A stretch of 63,856 bases of DNA, the filler included, from an uncultured Myxococcia bacterium (lineage in GTDB: Bacteria > CAZTWC01): NCBI GenBank assembly GCA_964617105.1. It is 3 parts of 3 records of this genome, joined end to end, with 100 filler letters (N's around TTAATTAATTAA, not from the genome) between each part and the next. Parts side by side here need not be neighbours in the genome. Positions count along the whole stretch, not along the records: positions 1 to 24,223 come from CAZTWC010000022.1; 2 more parts are not named here. The stretch is one strand, 5' to 3'. The notes under the pieces are model-generated. The model saw only the letters and a program-made list of their open reading frames with translations. It did no database searches and had not been told where the DNA came from. Within the stretch, counting starts at the first letter, position 1; the number at the start of each line of letters is the position of its first letter. The position numbers and the translations under genes are program-made. Below, piece after piece: positions 9,167 through 17,875 of the stretch.

Positions 9167-10318
9167 ATGTCGAAATCAAGACATACGTATTCATTTCCAA
9201 CCCATCTGGAATATGGCCCAAAAGCGGCCAGGGATTTGGCCCGTATTATCAAAAAAACCGGTGTTAAAAAAGGGTTGCTGGTTACAGATCAAGGGATCGA
9301 AAAAAGTGGGAATGCTGATCTTCTTAGAGATTATTTTAAGCAGGAAAACCTGGAATTGGTTACCTTTAATGATGTTAAACCAAATCCCGTAGATGACAAT
9401 GTGTATCAGGGCGCCAAAATATATAAGGAATCGGGTGCTGAATTTATTGTTGGTCTTGGCGGAGGTTCGCCTCTGGATGTTGCCAAGGTGATTAAGTGTC
9501 TGGCAACCCATGATGGGCCTTTAGAAAAATATGATGACCAAAAGGGGGGAGACCAATATATACAGGATAATATGCCGCCATTTTATGCTATCCCCACTAC
9601 GGCCGGCACCGGTAGCGAAGTTGGCAAAAGTAGTGTTATCACCATAAAGAGCACCAACAAAAAAACCATCATTTTTTCACCATACTTTATGCCCACCATT
9701 GCCGTATTGGATCCGGAATTAACCGTTTCGTTGCCAAAAGGCTTGACCGCAGCTACTGGAGTTGATGCTTTTGTCCACAATCTGGAGGCCTATCTTATCA
9801 ATTCCTTCCACCCCTTTGCAGATGGGCTGGCTCGGGAAGGGATCTATCGCAGTTTTAAATATCTTCCCAAAGCGGTTGAAAATGGCCAAGATATTCAGGC
9901 CAGAGGGGAGATGCTAATAGCCTCGGCTATGGGAGCTACCGCATTTCAAAAAGGGCTGGGAATTAACCACTCCATTGCCCATGCTTTGGGTGTTCTTTTT
10001 GATATGCATCATGGCCTGGCCAATGCAGCCGTACTTATTGAAGTGCTAAAATACAATTTTAAGGGACCTTGCGTCAAACAGAAACTGGCCTCGATTGGCT
10101 TTTTGCTCAAGACAAAAAGCAGCCATGAAGTGGTTATTGATACCCTTGAAAAATGGCTGGTTTCTCTTGATATGCCAACCGACTTAAAAAGTTTTAAGAT
10201 ACCGGAAAATAAAATCCAAGCAATAGAAGATTATGCTTTGGCAGATCCCTGCTGCCCCCTGAATCCCAGGAAAGTTGAGAAGGGCGATGTTGTGAAGATA
10301 TTAAAAAATATAACTTAA
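9167..10318 (+). CDS. Iron-containing alcohol dehydrogenase
   Basis: GLGGGSPLDVAK, IPTTAGTGSE, GVDAFVHNLE, HSIAH, HHGLANA. Confidence 0.92.
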   Translation: MSKSRHTYSFPTHLEYGPKAARDLARIIKKTGVKKGLLVTDQGIEKSGNADLLRDYFKQENLELVTFNDVKPNPVDDNVYQGAKIYKESGAEFIVGLGGGSPLDVAKVIKCLATHDGPLEKYDDQKGGDQYIQDNMPPFYAIPTTAGTGSEVGKSSVITIKSTNKKTIIFSPYFMPTIAVLDPELTVSLPKGLTAATGVDAFVHNLEAYLINSFHPFADGLAREGIYRSFKYLPKAVENGQDIQARGEMLIASAMGATAFQKGLGINHSIAHALGVLFDMHHGLANAAVLIEVLKYNFKGPCVKQKLASIGFLLKTKSSHEVVIDTLEKWLVSLDMPTDLKSFKIPENKIQAIEDYALADPCCPLNPRKVEKGDVVKILKNIT

Positions 10319-10338
10319 GTTCCCGTCCGAGAATTCAC
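10317..10338. repeat. MITE-like terminus immediately after the ADH stop codon
   Basis: AAGTTCCCGTCCGAGAATTCAC; its reverse complement matches the 5040-5056 and 29686-29706 ends. Confidence 0.55.
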
Positions 10339-10399
10339 TAACTTCGGGCTCGCTCAGAAGAAGTTATTTTCGCCTGAACCATTAATATGAGGATAACCA

Positions 10400-11152
10400 A
10401 TGGAAAATTTAATTAAAGGAATCACCTTTGATATTTGGGATACAATTTTAATAGATGATTCAGATGAGCCTAAAAGGGCGGCAAAAGGTTTGCCAACCAA
10501 AACAGAATCCAGGATCATAGAAGTTTTTGAGGTGGCTAAAAAATATAAACCTATCTCCATGGAAGATGCCAGAAGAGCCTACCAGGAAAATCTGAAAGAA
10601 TTTGAGAAAATTTGGCATGATGATTATGTGACATTATTGGTGCCGGAACGTTTAAAAAGACTTTTCAATTCTCTTGATATAAATCCTGGTGAAGATGATC
10701 TTAAAAAAGCCAACAAAGCCTGGGAAGAGATGGAATATGAAATTGCCCCGGATCTTGCACCTGGAGTTGTTGATGCTTTGAAAAAACTAGCACCAAATTA
10801 TAAATTAGCGATTATATCAGATGCCATCGTCTCTCCAGGAAGGGTGTTAAGGAAAATTCTGGATAAATACCATATTTTGAAATTTTTTAAGGTCTTCTCT
10901 TTTTCCGATGAAGTGGGTGCCTCAAAACCTTCAAAAAAAGTCTTTGAGGTCACCATAGGGCAACTTCAACTAGAACCATCTGAAATTGTGCATATCGGTG
11001 ACCGCCCATATAATGATATTGATGGGCCCAAGGATGCCGGGCTGAAAGCATTTCTTTATGATGGTTTAAAAAAGAGGGAAATTACCCGATATAAACCAGA
11101 TGCTGTTTTTTCTGATTATGCAAAATTGCCTGAACTTCTTAGTACGCTTTAA
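10400..11152 (+). CDS. HAD-family hydrolase (subfamily IA)
   Basis: FDIWDT motif I, ISDA, SKP, HIGDRPYNDIDG. Confidence 0.9.
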   Translation: MENLIKGITFDIWDTILIDDSDEPKRAAKGLPTKTESRIIEVFEVAKKYKPISMEDARRAYQENLKEFEKIWHDDYVTLLVPERLKRLFNSLDINPGEDDLKKANKAWEEMEYEIAPDLAPGVVDALKKLAPNYKLAIISDAIVSPGRVLRKILDKYHILKFFKVFSFSDEVGASKPSKKVFEVTIGQLQLEPSEIVHIGDRPYNDIDGPKDAGLKAFLYDGLKKREITRYKPDAVFSDYAKLPELLSTL

Positions 11153-12005
11153 GTTTCCGCGGTAGTACTACCCAGTTAAGCCAGTTTACAAATTCACAAT
11201 GTTTAATCTGGTCTGAAAGCAGATCATCGTCAATCGCCAGTTGCCAACGCAAATCCTTTCGTTGCGGCTGGGCGTGCAATAATTTCATTTGGTTTACATA
11301 GCGCTGGCAATCCTCAGATTTTCCAAAAAAACCCTGGTCAATCAATCTTTTTTCTCTGGCCATGGTAAGACTGGCAACTTCATGAAGGTCATACTCCGGA
11401 TGGTATTGGGTAGCCCAAAATATCCCCTCTTTGTATTTTACCGAAACTGCCTGAACACTGGTGAAATCGTTAGAAGCCAGGCATTGTGCCTCTGAAGGAA
11501 GTTTGGTAATTTCGTCCTCATGGCTGATAAAGGCGTCAAAAACCGGTGGCTTACCTTCAAACATGGGATGATCCTGACCAGATTTGGTAAGATGAATCTT
11601 GCGGGCAATCCCCATCTCTCTCCCTTTGGGGTTAACTTTAACTTCACCGCCTATGGCATAAACCGCTATTTGGATACCCCAGCAACTTCCAAACTGGGGT
11701 ATCCCCAATTCATAACCAAATTTGACTAAATCGATCATTTTTCTAGTCGTTCGATTTTTAGTATCAAAAATAGTCAGATTACATCCTGGCCACAAGATGG
11801 CATCATAATCCTTGAGTCTTTGTTTATCGGGAAACTCAACCTCGGGATCACTAACATACTTTATATCGCATTTGGCATCGGGCTGGTATTGCCAAAGCAT
11901 GTTCGCATAAAGTTGGCCGGCAAGGCACATGCCAACCTGGCCGAATTTATCCCGGCTGACCTTTGGATAACCATCAATAATTAAACAATAGAGTGAATTT
12001 GCCAT
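11139..12005 (-). CDS. Class I glutamine amidotransferase (GMP-synthase-like, stand-alone)
   Basis: FGSCWGIQ nucleophile elbow, SHEDEI, QYHPE triad. Confidence 0.88.
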   Translation of the reverse strand: MANSLYCLIIDGYPKVSRDKFGQVGMCLAGQLYANMLWQYQPDAKCDIKYVSDPEVEFPDKQRLKDYDAILWPGCNLTIFDTKNRTTRKMIDLVKFGYELGIPQFGSCWGIQIAVYAIGGEVKVNPKGREMGIARKIHLTKSGQDHPMFEGKPPVFDAFISHEDEITKLPSEAQCLASNDFTSVQAVSVKYKEGIFWATQYHPEYDLHEVASLTMAREKRLIDQGFFGKSEDCQRYVNQMKLLHAQPQRKDLRWQLAIDDDLLSDQIKHCEFVNWLNWVVLPRKLKAY

Positions 12006-12142
12006 GCTGTTATCTGTTCCTTTCTGTTAAATTGCATCAATAATAACAAATAATTTTTACTATACTTTCATCTCTGGCCAACATAAGCCCTTAATCATTG
12101 CACATCCCCTCATCTTTCCACAGCAGAATCAGATCTTTTTCT

Positions 12143-13576
12143 TTAATATAGCGTAGAACAGGAACATCCGGCCGGCCCTGCCGTCTGTTGAGGCGAATTA
12201 CCGGCTCTTCCGGTATCGGCCTTTTCTGGCAGGTAATCGACATTGGTAGAGTTATCAATAATCTCTTGTCCACCTTCAAAATTATCTTGAACTTCAGAAA
12301 GGTCTGGTTCTATAGATAACTCCCCTTGATCATCTGTGTAGGTAAGCAAAGCCAATTCCGGCTGGTAGTGGGCGATAATATCTTTATATGAATCGCCCCT
12401 CAGTCCTCTCTCCAACATTCCCCACTGGCAAAAACCCCTGACCAGACATTTTTTGGATGCCTTGCACCCAGATGGGGTGGTGGGATTTGGGACATCAGGG
12501 TTAATTTCATGGGCAGCGCAGCAATTGTGACCACACCATTTGCCAATACAATCATTTCGTCCGGTTTTATCTGGTACGGTATTAGTTCGATATTCTGGTA
12601 AGGTGCCATACCGGCCGCAACTGGAAGCGTATTCAATTTTATCCAGTATAGAGTGATCCTTTTTTTTCACCAGGACCATCCCTTTGGTTAAATCTACCGC
12701 CTCATCAATGATGCTCAACCGGGTATCTTCATAGCGCTGGTTGCATACTGTGTCGTTGATATGGTATTTGTAAACCTCACTGCGTCTCTTTATATAAAAA
12801 TAGTAGGCATAAGTTCTGGCGGCGACAGCTAAGGTTTTAAAAGTTTCCAGGGCTGCTCTTTTCCCCTGTTTATTGTGGGCAAACACCCCGATCTCGGCGT
12901 AAACCGCCCCTTTGACATAATCTTCAAAATCGATCTCATCGATACGATCTGGAGTCGATGAGCAGGGCTTGCAACTATCGCCCAGGCAATACCTGGCCAC
13001 CTTGATGGTTTTTGGCAGTTGGTCGGTTACCGTCAACTCCCGCTTTTGGTTCCCATTAGTCCAGGAAAAACCTGGTTTTGGATTAATCTGCGCGTCTGAT
13101 TCCAGTTCAAAGGCTGGCAAGTTTAAGGGATCTTGCTGCTTCCTGGGTATTGGCAAGCCAAAAGGGTATTTGGCCAGACGAATATCTTCTTCGATCTGAG
13201 CCGGTAAAACCGATAATGCCCGCATCTCAGTACCTAAGGGTGTTGGGGAAAGAATATTGACCAGTTTGATATCGCCATCAAGCCGTTTGACCAAAAAATT
13301 ATGAACTCCCCGGGGTAATAAAAAACTAACCATACCCTGCCTATCGGTTATAGCGGCCTTACCATTTAATAGGCAGACCACCTTTTCAGCGGTTAGAGGA
13401 GTTTTGTCCAGGGCGTTAATAATCCTGAATTTTACTGTGGATAAAGGTTCACTATTGGTAGCCACACCGTTTTTAATCGGCAGTAAAAAAATAAGGGTCA
13501 TAACCCAAAAAAGCACTAAAGATTTTATGGCGATAGCCTGCTTGGATGATGGGTCCAGAAAAAACAAATTTTCCAT
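12143..13576 (-). CDS. Secreted SpoIID/LytB-domain lytic transglycosylase-like protein with a C-terminal GCSCS motif
   Basis: N-terminal hydrophobic segment; FEDYVKGAVYAEI, LAVAARTYA, INDTVCNQRY, GFCQWG...YKDIIAHY; acidic linker then AGCSCSTLY*. Confidence 0.8.
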   Translation of the reverse strand: MENLFFLDPSSKQAIAIKSLVLFWVMTLIFLLPIKNGVATNSEPLSTVKFRIINALDKTPLTAEKVVCLLNGKAAITDRQGMVSFLLPRGVHNFLVKRLDGDIKLVNILSPTPLGTEMRALSVLPAQIEEDIRLAKYPFGLPIPRKQQDPLNLPAFELESDAQINPKPGFSWTNGNQKRELTVTDQLPKTIKVARYCLGDSCKPCSSTPDRIDEIDFEDYVKGAVYAEIGVFAHNKQGKRAALETFKTLAVAARTYAYYFYIKRRSEVYKYHINDTVCNQRYEDTRLSIIDEAVDLTKGMVLVKKKDHSILDKIEYASSCGRYGTLPEYRTNTVPDKTGRNDCIGKWCGHNCCAAHEINPDVPNPTTPSGCKASKKCLVRGFCQWGMLERGLRGDSYKDIIAHYQPELALLTYTDDQGELSIEPDLSEVQDNFEGGQEIIDNSTNVDYLPEKADTGRAGNSPQQTAGPAGCSCSTLY

Positions 13577-13590
13577 ATGTCAATATCCCT

Positions 13591-13630
13591 AAAAAAACCC
13601 CGCCTGATTTTAACAACCGGGCGGGGTTTT
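13591..13630 (-). terminator. Rho-independent terminator after the OM-barrel gene
   Basis: Minus strand reads AAAACCCCGCCCGG-loop-CAGGCGGGG-TTTTTTT. Confidence 0.85.
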
Positions 13631-13728
13631 GTTTGATTTCCGGTTTTCACGCCATCAGATACAGGACTCAACTCCTGTTGAGTGTTAACCAGATCTCCCG
13701 GGGTGAATACCGGTGATTACTCAGATTT

Positions 13729-14469
13729 TTACAGGCCAAATCTGCCGCTAAAGCCTATCAGGAAATAACGGTTGTCAATAGCGTCCTCTTTCAGGTTGGT
13801 AAGACCGAATTTACCAAAGATATCATAGTTTTTCTCCAGGGTGTGATACACGGCCAAAGCCAGAGGCATAGTCATGGCGTCGGTTTCGAAGTCAGGCATG
13901 TAAACACCAAAGTCCAGGGCCAGGGCCATACAATCACTGGGTTTGAAGGTAGGAGCCAGATTGAGGTAGAAATTTTTCTGCATGGGATCGGTAAGCACCA
14001 AAGAGAGGCTCAGGCCGGCATTCATGACAAACATATCATGCAACTCTTTGCTGAATACCACAGCCGGAGCGATACCCAGTTTGGCGCCATCCTCTACCGG
14101 AATATTAAAAGCCAACTCAACCGCCAACTCGGGGATAATGCCATAGCGCACATAGAGATCAGGATTCTGGAAACTATTGATTTCGTCAGGATCTTTAATG
14201 AACTGCAGATTCAACATCAAGCCTGCCTCTAAGTTCTCAATAATGCCAAAACCGGCACCAATTGCCATGGGGATATTTTTGGCTACTTGATCCTTGGATA
14301 GATTGATATTGGCGCCAAAAGAGGCTTCCAGGGTCATGGGTTCCAAAACCAAAGGCCGGGTGGGATTGTGATAGCCAGTTCTAATGCCAGCTGAGGGGCT
14401 TTGAGCGAAAGCACTGGTGGCCACTAAAAAAGATAAACAAACAATCAATACACTTAGAGTTTTTTTCAT
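13729..14469 (-). CDS. Outer-membrane beta-barrel protein, function unknown
   Basis: ATG at 14469 after AGGAGA; signal peptide ending AFA-Q; alternating amphipathic strands; C-terminus YFLIGFSGRFGL. Confidence 0.7.
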   Translation of the reverse strand: MKKTLSVLIVCLSFLVATSAFAQSPSAGIRTGYHNPTRPLVLEPMTLEASFGANINLSKDQVAKNIPMAIGAGFGIIENLEAGLMLNLQFIKDPDEINSFQNPDLYVRYGIIPELAVELAFNIPVEDGAKLGIAPAVVFSKELHDMFVMNAGLSLSLVLTDPMQKNFYLNLAPTFKPSDCMALALDFGVYMPDFETDAMTMPLALAVYHTLEKNYDIFGKFGLTNLKEDAIDNRYFLIGFSGRFGL

Positions 14470-14847
14470 TTTTTTTCTCCTGAATTTGTGAAATAAAAAA
14501 ACGCTTAATAAAAATTTTAATCTCATTAAAAACAATTTCTGGTTGTGACGAGTTCTTTCCAGGCGCCTCCTTTCTCAAGTCTGCCTTTTGGCAGCAGGTT
14601 TCATTACTTGCAAATTATTTGCCAAATTATTTTTCTAGTGGCAAATAATAGTTAAAAAGTTAATATAAGCACAAAAATAACACAACGCAAGTTTTTATCA
14701 TATTTTTTTGGCCTAAACTCGGCAGATAAATTAAAGTCCGACGCTGTGAATAACTGTGAAAATAAAATACAGTGTGAAATTTGCCTTCTGAAATTGGGGC
14801 TGGTAAAATAGGCTAAATTTTAATCTCATTTTAGAAAGGTATAATAG

Positions 14848-16370
14848 ATGAGGATTAACTCTTTTCAAATGAGCCGCACCCTCTTTAGATTGTTCTTCTT
14901 GAAACTATTTCGGCTCTTAAAACCTGGAGCCTTAACCTTTGTTTTAATTGCCGGCCTGCTTTTTGCAACTCATATCAATGCAGAGAATAAACAACCGCCA
15001 GAAAATCTGCTCAAAGAGCAAAAAACAGATGGAGAATTGTGGTCATTGGAAAAACTAATTAGCCTGGCTCAGGAAAACAACCAGGAGATAAAAGTGCAAA
15101 AGGCGGTTTTAAACACTGCCTGGCAAACCAGGCGGCGGGCTGAGTGGGCCCGGTATATTCCCCATCTGGAAATGCGTTCTATCAATGGGCTGGTGCCAGA
15201 AGCAAAAAATTGCCCCCTGGATGGTTCGGCCACAGCAAACAGCCAGTGCCGGCAGTCGCCAGCAGAACTTGGCTCCACTTTTGATAATCTGGGATTTTTT
15301 ACCCGTTGGGAGGTAGACCTGGTTCAACCCCTCTATACTTTTGGCAAACTTGAAGGGGCACTTAAAGCGGCACAAAGTAATATCAAAATCAGGCGCCAAC
15401 AGGTAAAGCAGAAAAAGCAAACTATCGCAATTAGAATATCCAAACTCTACTGGAGCATCCTTTTTGCCAGAGATTCTTTAGAAGTTATCAGCGAAGTGGA
15501 AGAGAAACTGGAGGAGGCAGAAGAGAAAGTAAAAGAGAAACTGGAGGAGGAAACCGGCGAGGTTACNNNNNNNNNNAGGCTGATCTATTTAAGGTTAAAG
15601 TATATAAAGGAGACGTGGCCGCTAAACGACTGGAGGCGGAAAAGGGAATGAAAACCGCCATCGAGGTAATTTTAAACACCGCGGGTCTGACCCAAGAGGA
15701 GCAATATAAAATATTTCTGGGTGACCTGGAGGAATTGGCCTTAGAGAGCAAACCCCTCTCTTTTTACCTGAAAAAAATGGTTACATCCCGGCCAGAATTG
15801 GAAATATTAAAACAGGGATTAAAGGCAAAACACGCCCAGGTGGCAGTGGTAAAAAGTGATTATTTTCCCCAAATCTTTATTGGCGGCATGTTACGCTTTG
15901 CTTACGCTCCTAACAGGGAGGAACCCAATAACGCCTATATTTCCGACTACTTCAACACCTTTTCTCTGGGAGCAGGGGTGGGTTTAAAACAAAAACTGGG
16001 TTTCCACACCACCTATGCAAAACTGGAAGAGAGCCGGGCTCAACTAATGGAATTACAACGACAAAACTCTCTGCTTAACCATGTTTTACCCCTGGAGGTG
16101 AAAAAAAACTACTATGCTCTACAGGAGACACAGCAACGGCTGGAAGCATCATATTCCAGTTACAAGGCGGGGAAAAGTTGGTTCAGGTCGGTGGGGATGA
16201 ATTATGGTGTGGGCATCTGCGATATCGATGAGATGCTGGAGGCCTACGGAGCATATATCAAAACCAAGACCATGTATTACAAGGCCATACTGGATTTTAA
16301 CCTGGCTGTGATTGAACTAAATGCGTCTGCCGGTATATTTGACTTTTCTCCGACTACAGTTGGGGATTGA
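14848..16370 (+). CDS. TolC-family outer-membrane channel (one gene split by a 10-N gap at 15567-15576)
   Basis: LEKLISLAQENN, QPLYTFGK, SRPEL, SDYFPQI, YYKAILDFNLAVIELNASAG. The two ORF-track pieces rejoin as EVT(Q)ADLFKVK across the gap. Confidence 0.85.
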
Positions 16371-16381
16371 TTGAGGGAAAA

Positions 16382-16966
16382 ATGATGAAAAACACAATCT
16401 GGACAGTTATTGTAGTAATGCTAATTAGCCTTTTGGCAGAGGCTGCCTCTAATCCGATTACTATGTTAAAACAACGAGATCGCTCAATTACCAAAATTAT
16501 CAAAGGAAAAGGAGAGAAACTTTCTCCGACGGACAAGAAGAAACTCAAGGATATAATCAACAGCATTGTTGATTTTAACCAAATGTCTAAACTATCCTTA
16601 AAAAAACACTGGGCAGGGTTGAGTAATGAGCAGCAAAAGGAATTTGTATCCCTCTTTTCCCAACTGATCCGTAATTCATCCATCAAAAAACTGGAATACT
16701 ACCGGGCTGAAAATATAAATTACAAAAGCCGCAAAATAAAGGGGAAAACAGCCTCTATCCAGACCATAGTCAAGGTAAAGAAGGAGAAGATAGAGATCAT
16801 TTACAGAATGTGGTTAAAGGCCGGCAAATGGATGATTTTCGATATGGTAATCGATGACTTAAGCACCACCCAGAATTACAAATCTTCCTTTAATAAGATT
16901 ATCACCAAATCCAAGTTCGAAGGATTGCTAAAAAAATTACGGCGCAAGGTTGCCAATCTCAAATAA
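16382..16966 (+). CDS. MlaC/Ttg2D-family periplasmic lipid-binding protein
   Basis: Signal peptide; VDFNQMSKLSLKKHW, EFVSLF, KWMIFDMVIDDLS..NYKSSF. Confidence 0.88.
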   Translation: MMKNTIWTVIVVMLISLLAEAASNPITMLKQRDRSITKIIKGKGEKLSPTDKKKLKDIINSIVDFNQMSKLSLKKHWAGLSNEQQKEFVSLFSQLIRNSSIKKLEYYRAENINYKSRKIKGKTASIQTIVKVKKEKIEIIYRMWLKAGKWMIFDMVIDDLSTTQNYKSSFNKIITKSKFEGLLKKLRRKVANLK

Positions 16967-17815
16967 CCGCTTGTGGGCGTGATTAGCTGCTTCGCTTTCC
17001 GGATATCTGTTGATAATCCGGTTAAAAATAGATCGGGCTTGTTTAAAGGCGCGAATAGATTCTGACTTATGGTGCAGGTGAAGATAACATTTCCCAACCA
17101 TAAAGTATGAATCGGCCAACTTGTTGCCGCGGGGATATTTTTCAATCACCTCCATAAACTCCACCAGAGCCAACTTGTATTCTCCCTGATTAAAATAACT
17201 CTCACCAATCCAATAGTAGCAGTTGTCAGCATTTCGGTGATGAGGATAAGCCCTTAAAAATTTGGTGTAAGCATTTATAGCCTGGGGGTAATTACGCTGA
17301 TTGAAAAAATTGGTTGCCTGGTGATATAACATGGCTGCTTTGCTTTTAGCGGTTGTATAACGCCTGACTTTTCGATTTATTTTTGGCTCCTCTGGCTCTC
17401 TTATCCGAACCATTGCCTGACCGGAGTTTCCCCTCCCGGTGTTGGCGCCGCCTCCAGAAGAGCGGGCCGTACTTTTTACCTCAATTTTTTCCTTTTTTAA
17501 CTGGTGTTGCTTAATGTGGGTTTCCAAACGAAGTCGATAATTCTCCACAATTTCAATCAAATCCTGGAGTTTATGCTTAACTTGAGTATTATTCTCCTCT
17601 TGTTTTGCCAACTTTCGCTCTAAAGTTTCAATTTGTTTTTGCTGGCTGAGTATCAGACGCTGACACGAATCTTTATTGTCAATATTTTCAACTAGTTGTA
17701 CCTCAGCGCCGGTTTGTTTTTCCATCGCTTGATCAGCGGCCAGAGCAACAGTGAATCTGATCAGACAACCGGTAAAACAAAAAATTGCAACTATATATTT
17801 TTTAAACTTCTTCAT
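16937..17815 (-). CDS. cpoB: Tol-Pal-associated TPR protein YbgF/CpoB-like
   Basis: Signal peptide, coiled coil, then YPQAINAYTKFLRAYP..ADNCYYWIGESYF..YPRGNKLADS. Confidence 0.75.
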   Translation of the reverse strand: MKKFKKYIVAIFCFTGCLIRFTVALAADQAMEKQTGAEVQLVENIDNKDSCQRLILSQQKQIETLERKLAKQEENNTQVKHKLQDLIEIVENYRLRLETHIKQHQLKKEKIEVKSTARSSGGGANTGRGNSGQAMVRIREPEEPKINRKVRRYTTAKSKAAMLYHQATNFFNQRNYPQAINAYTKFLRAYPHHRNADNCYYWIGESYFNQGEYKLALVEFMEVIEKYPRGNKLADSYFMVGKCYLHLHHKSESIRAFKQARSIFNRIINRYPESEAANHAHKRLFEIGNLAP

Positions 17816-17875
17816 ATTGTCTATCTATGATATAATTTGATGTTTCTGTCAAGAATTTCCCGCGAGGTAATAATC

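Noticed and set aside
15560-15651. Apparent frameshift or pseudogene in tolC
   Set aside because: The frame change coincides with a 10-N placeholder and the flanks rejoin into a sensible TolC sequence.
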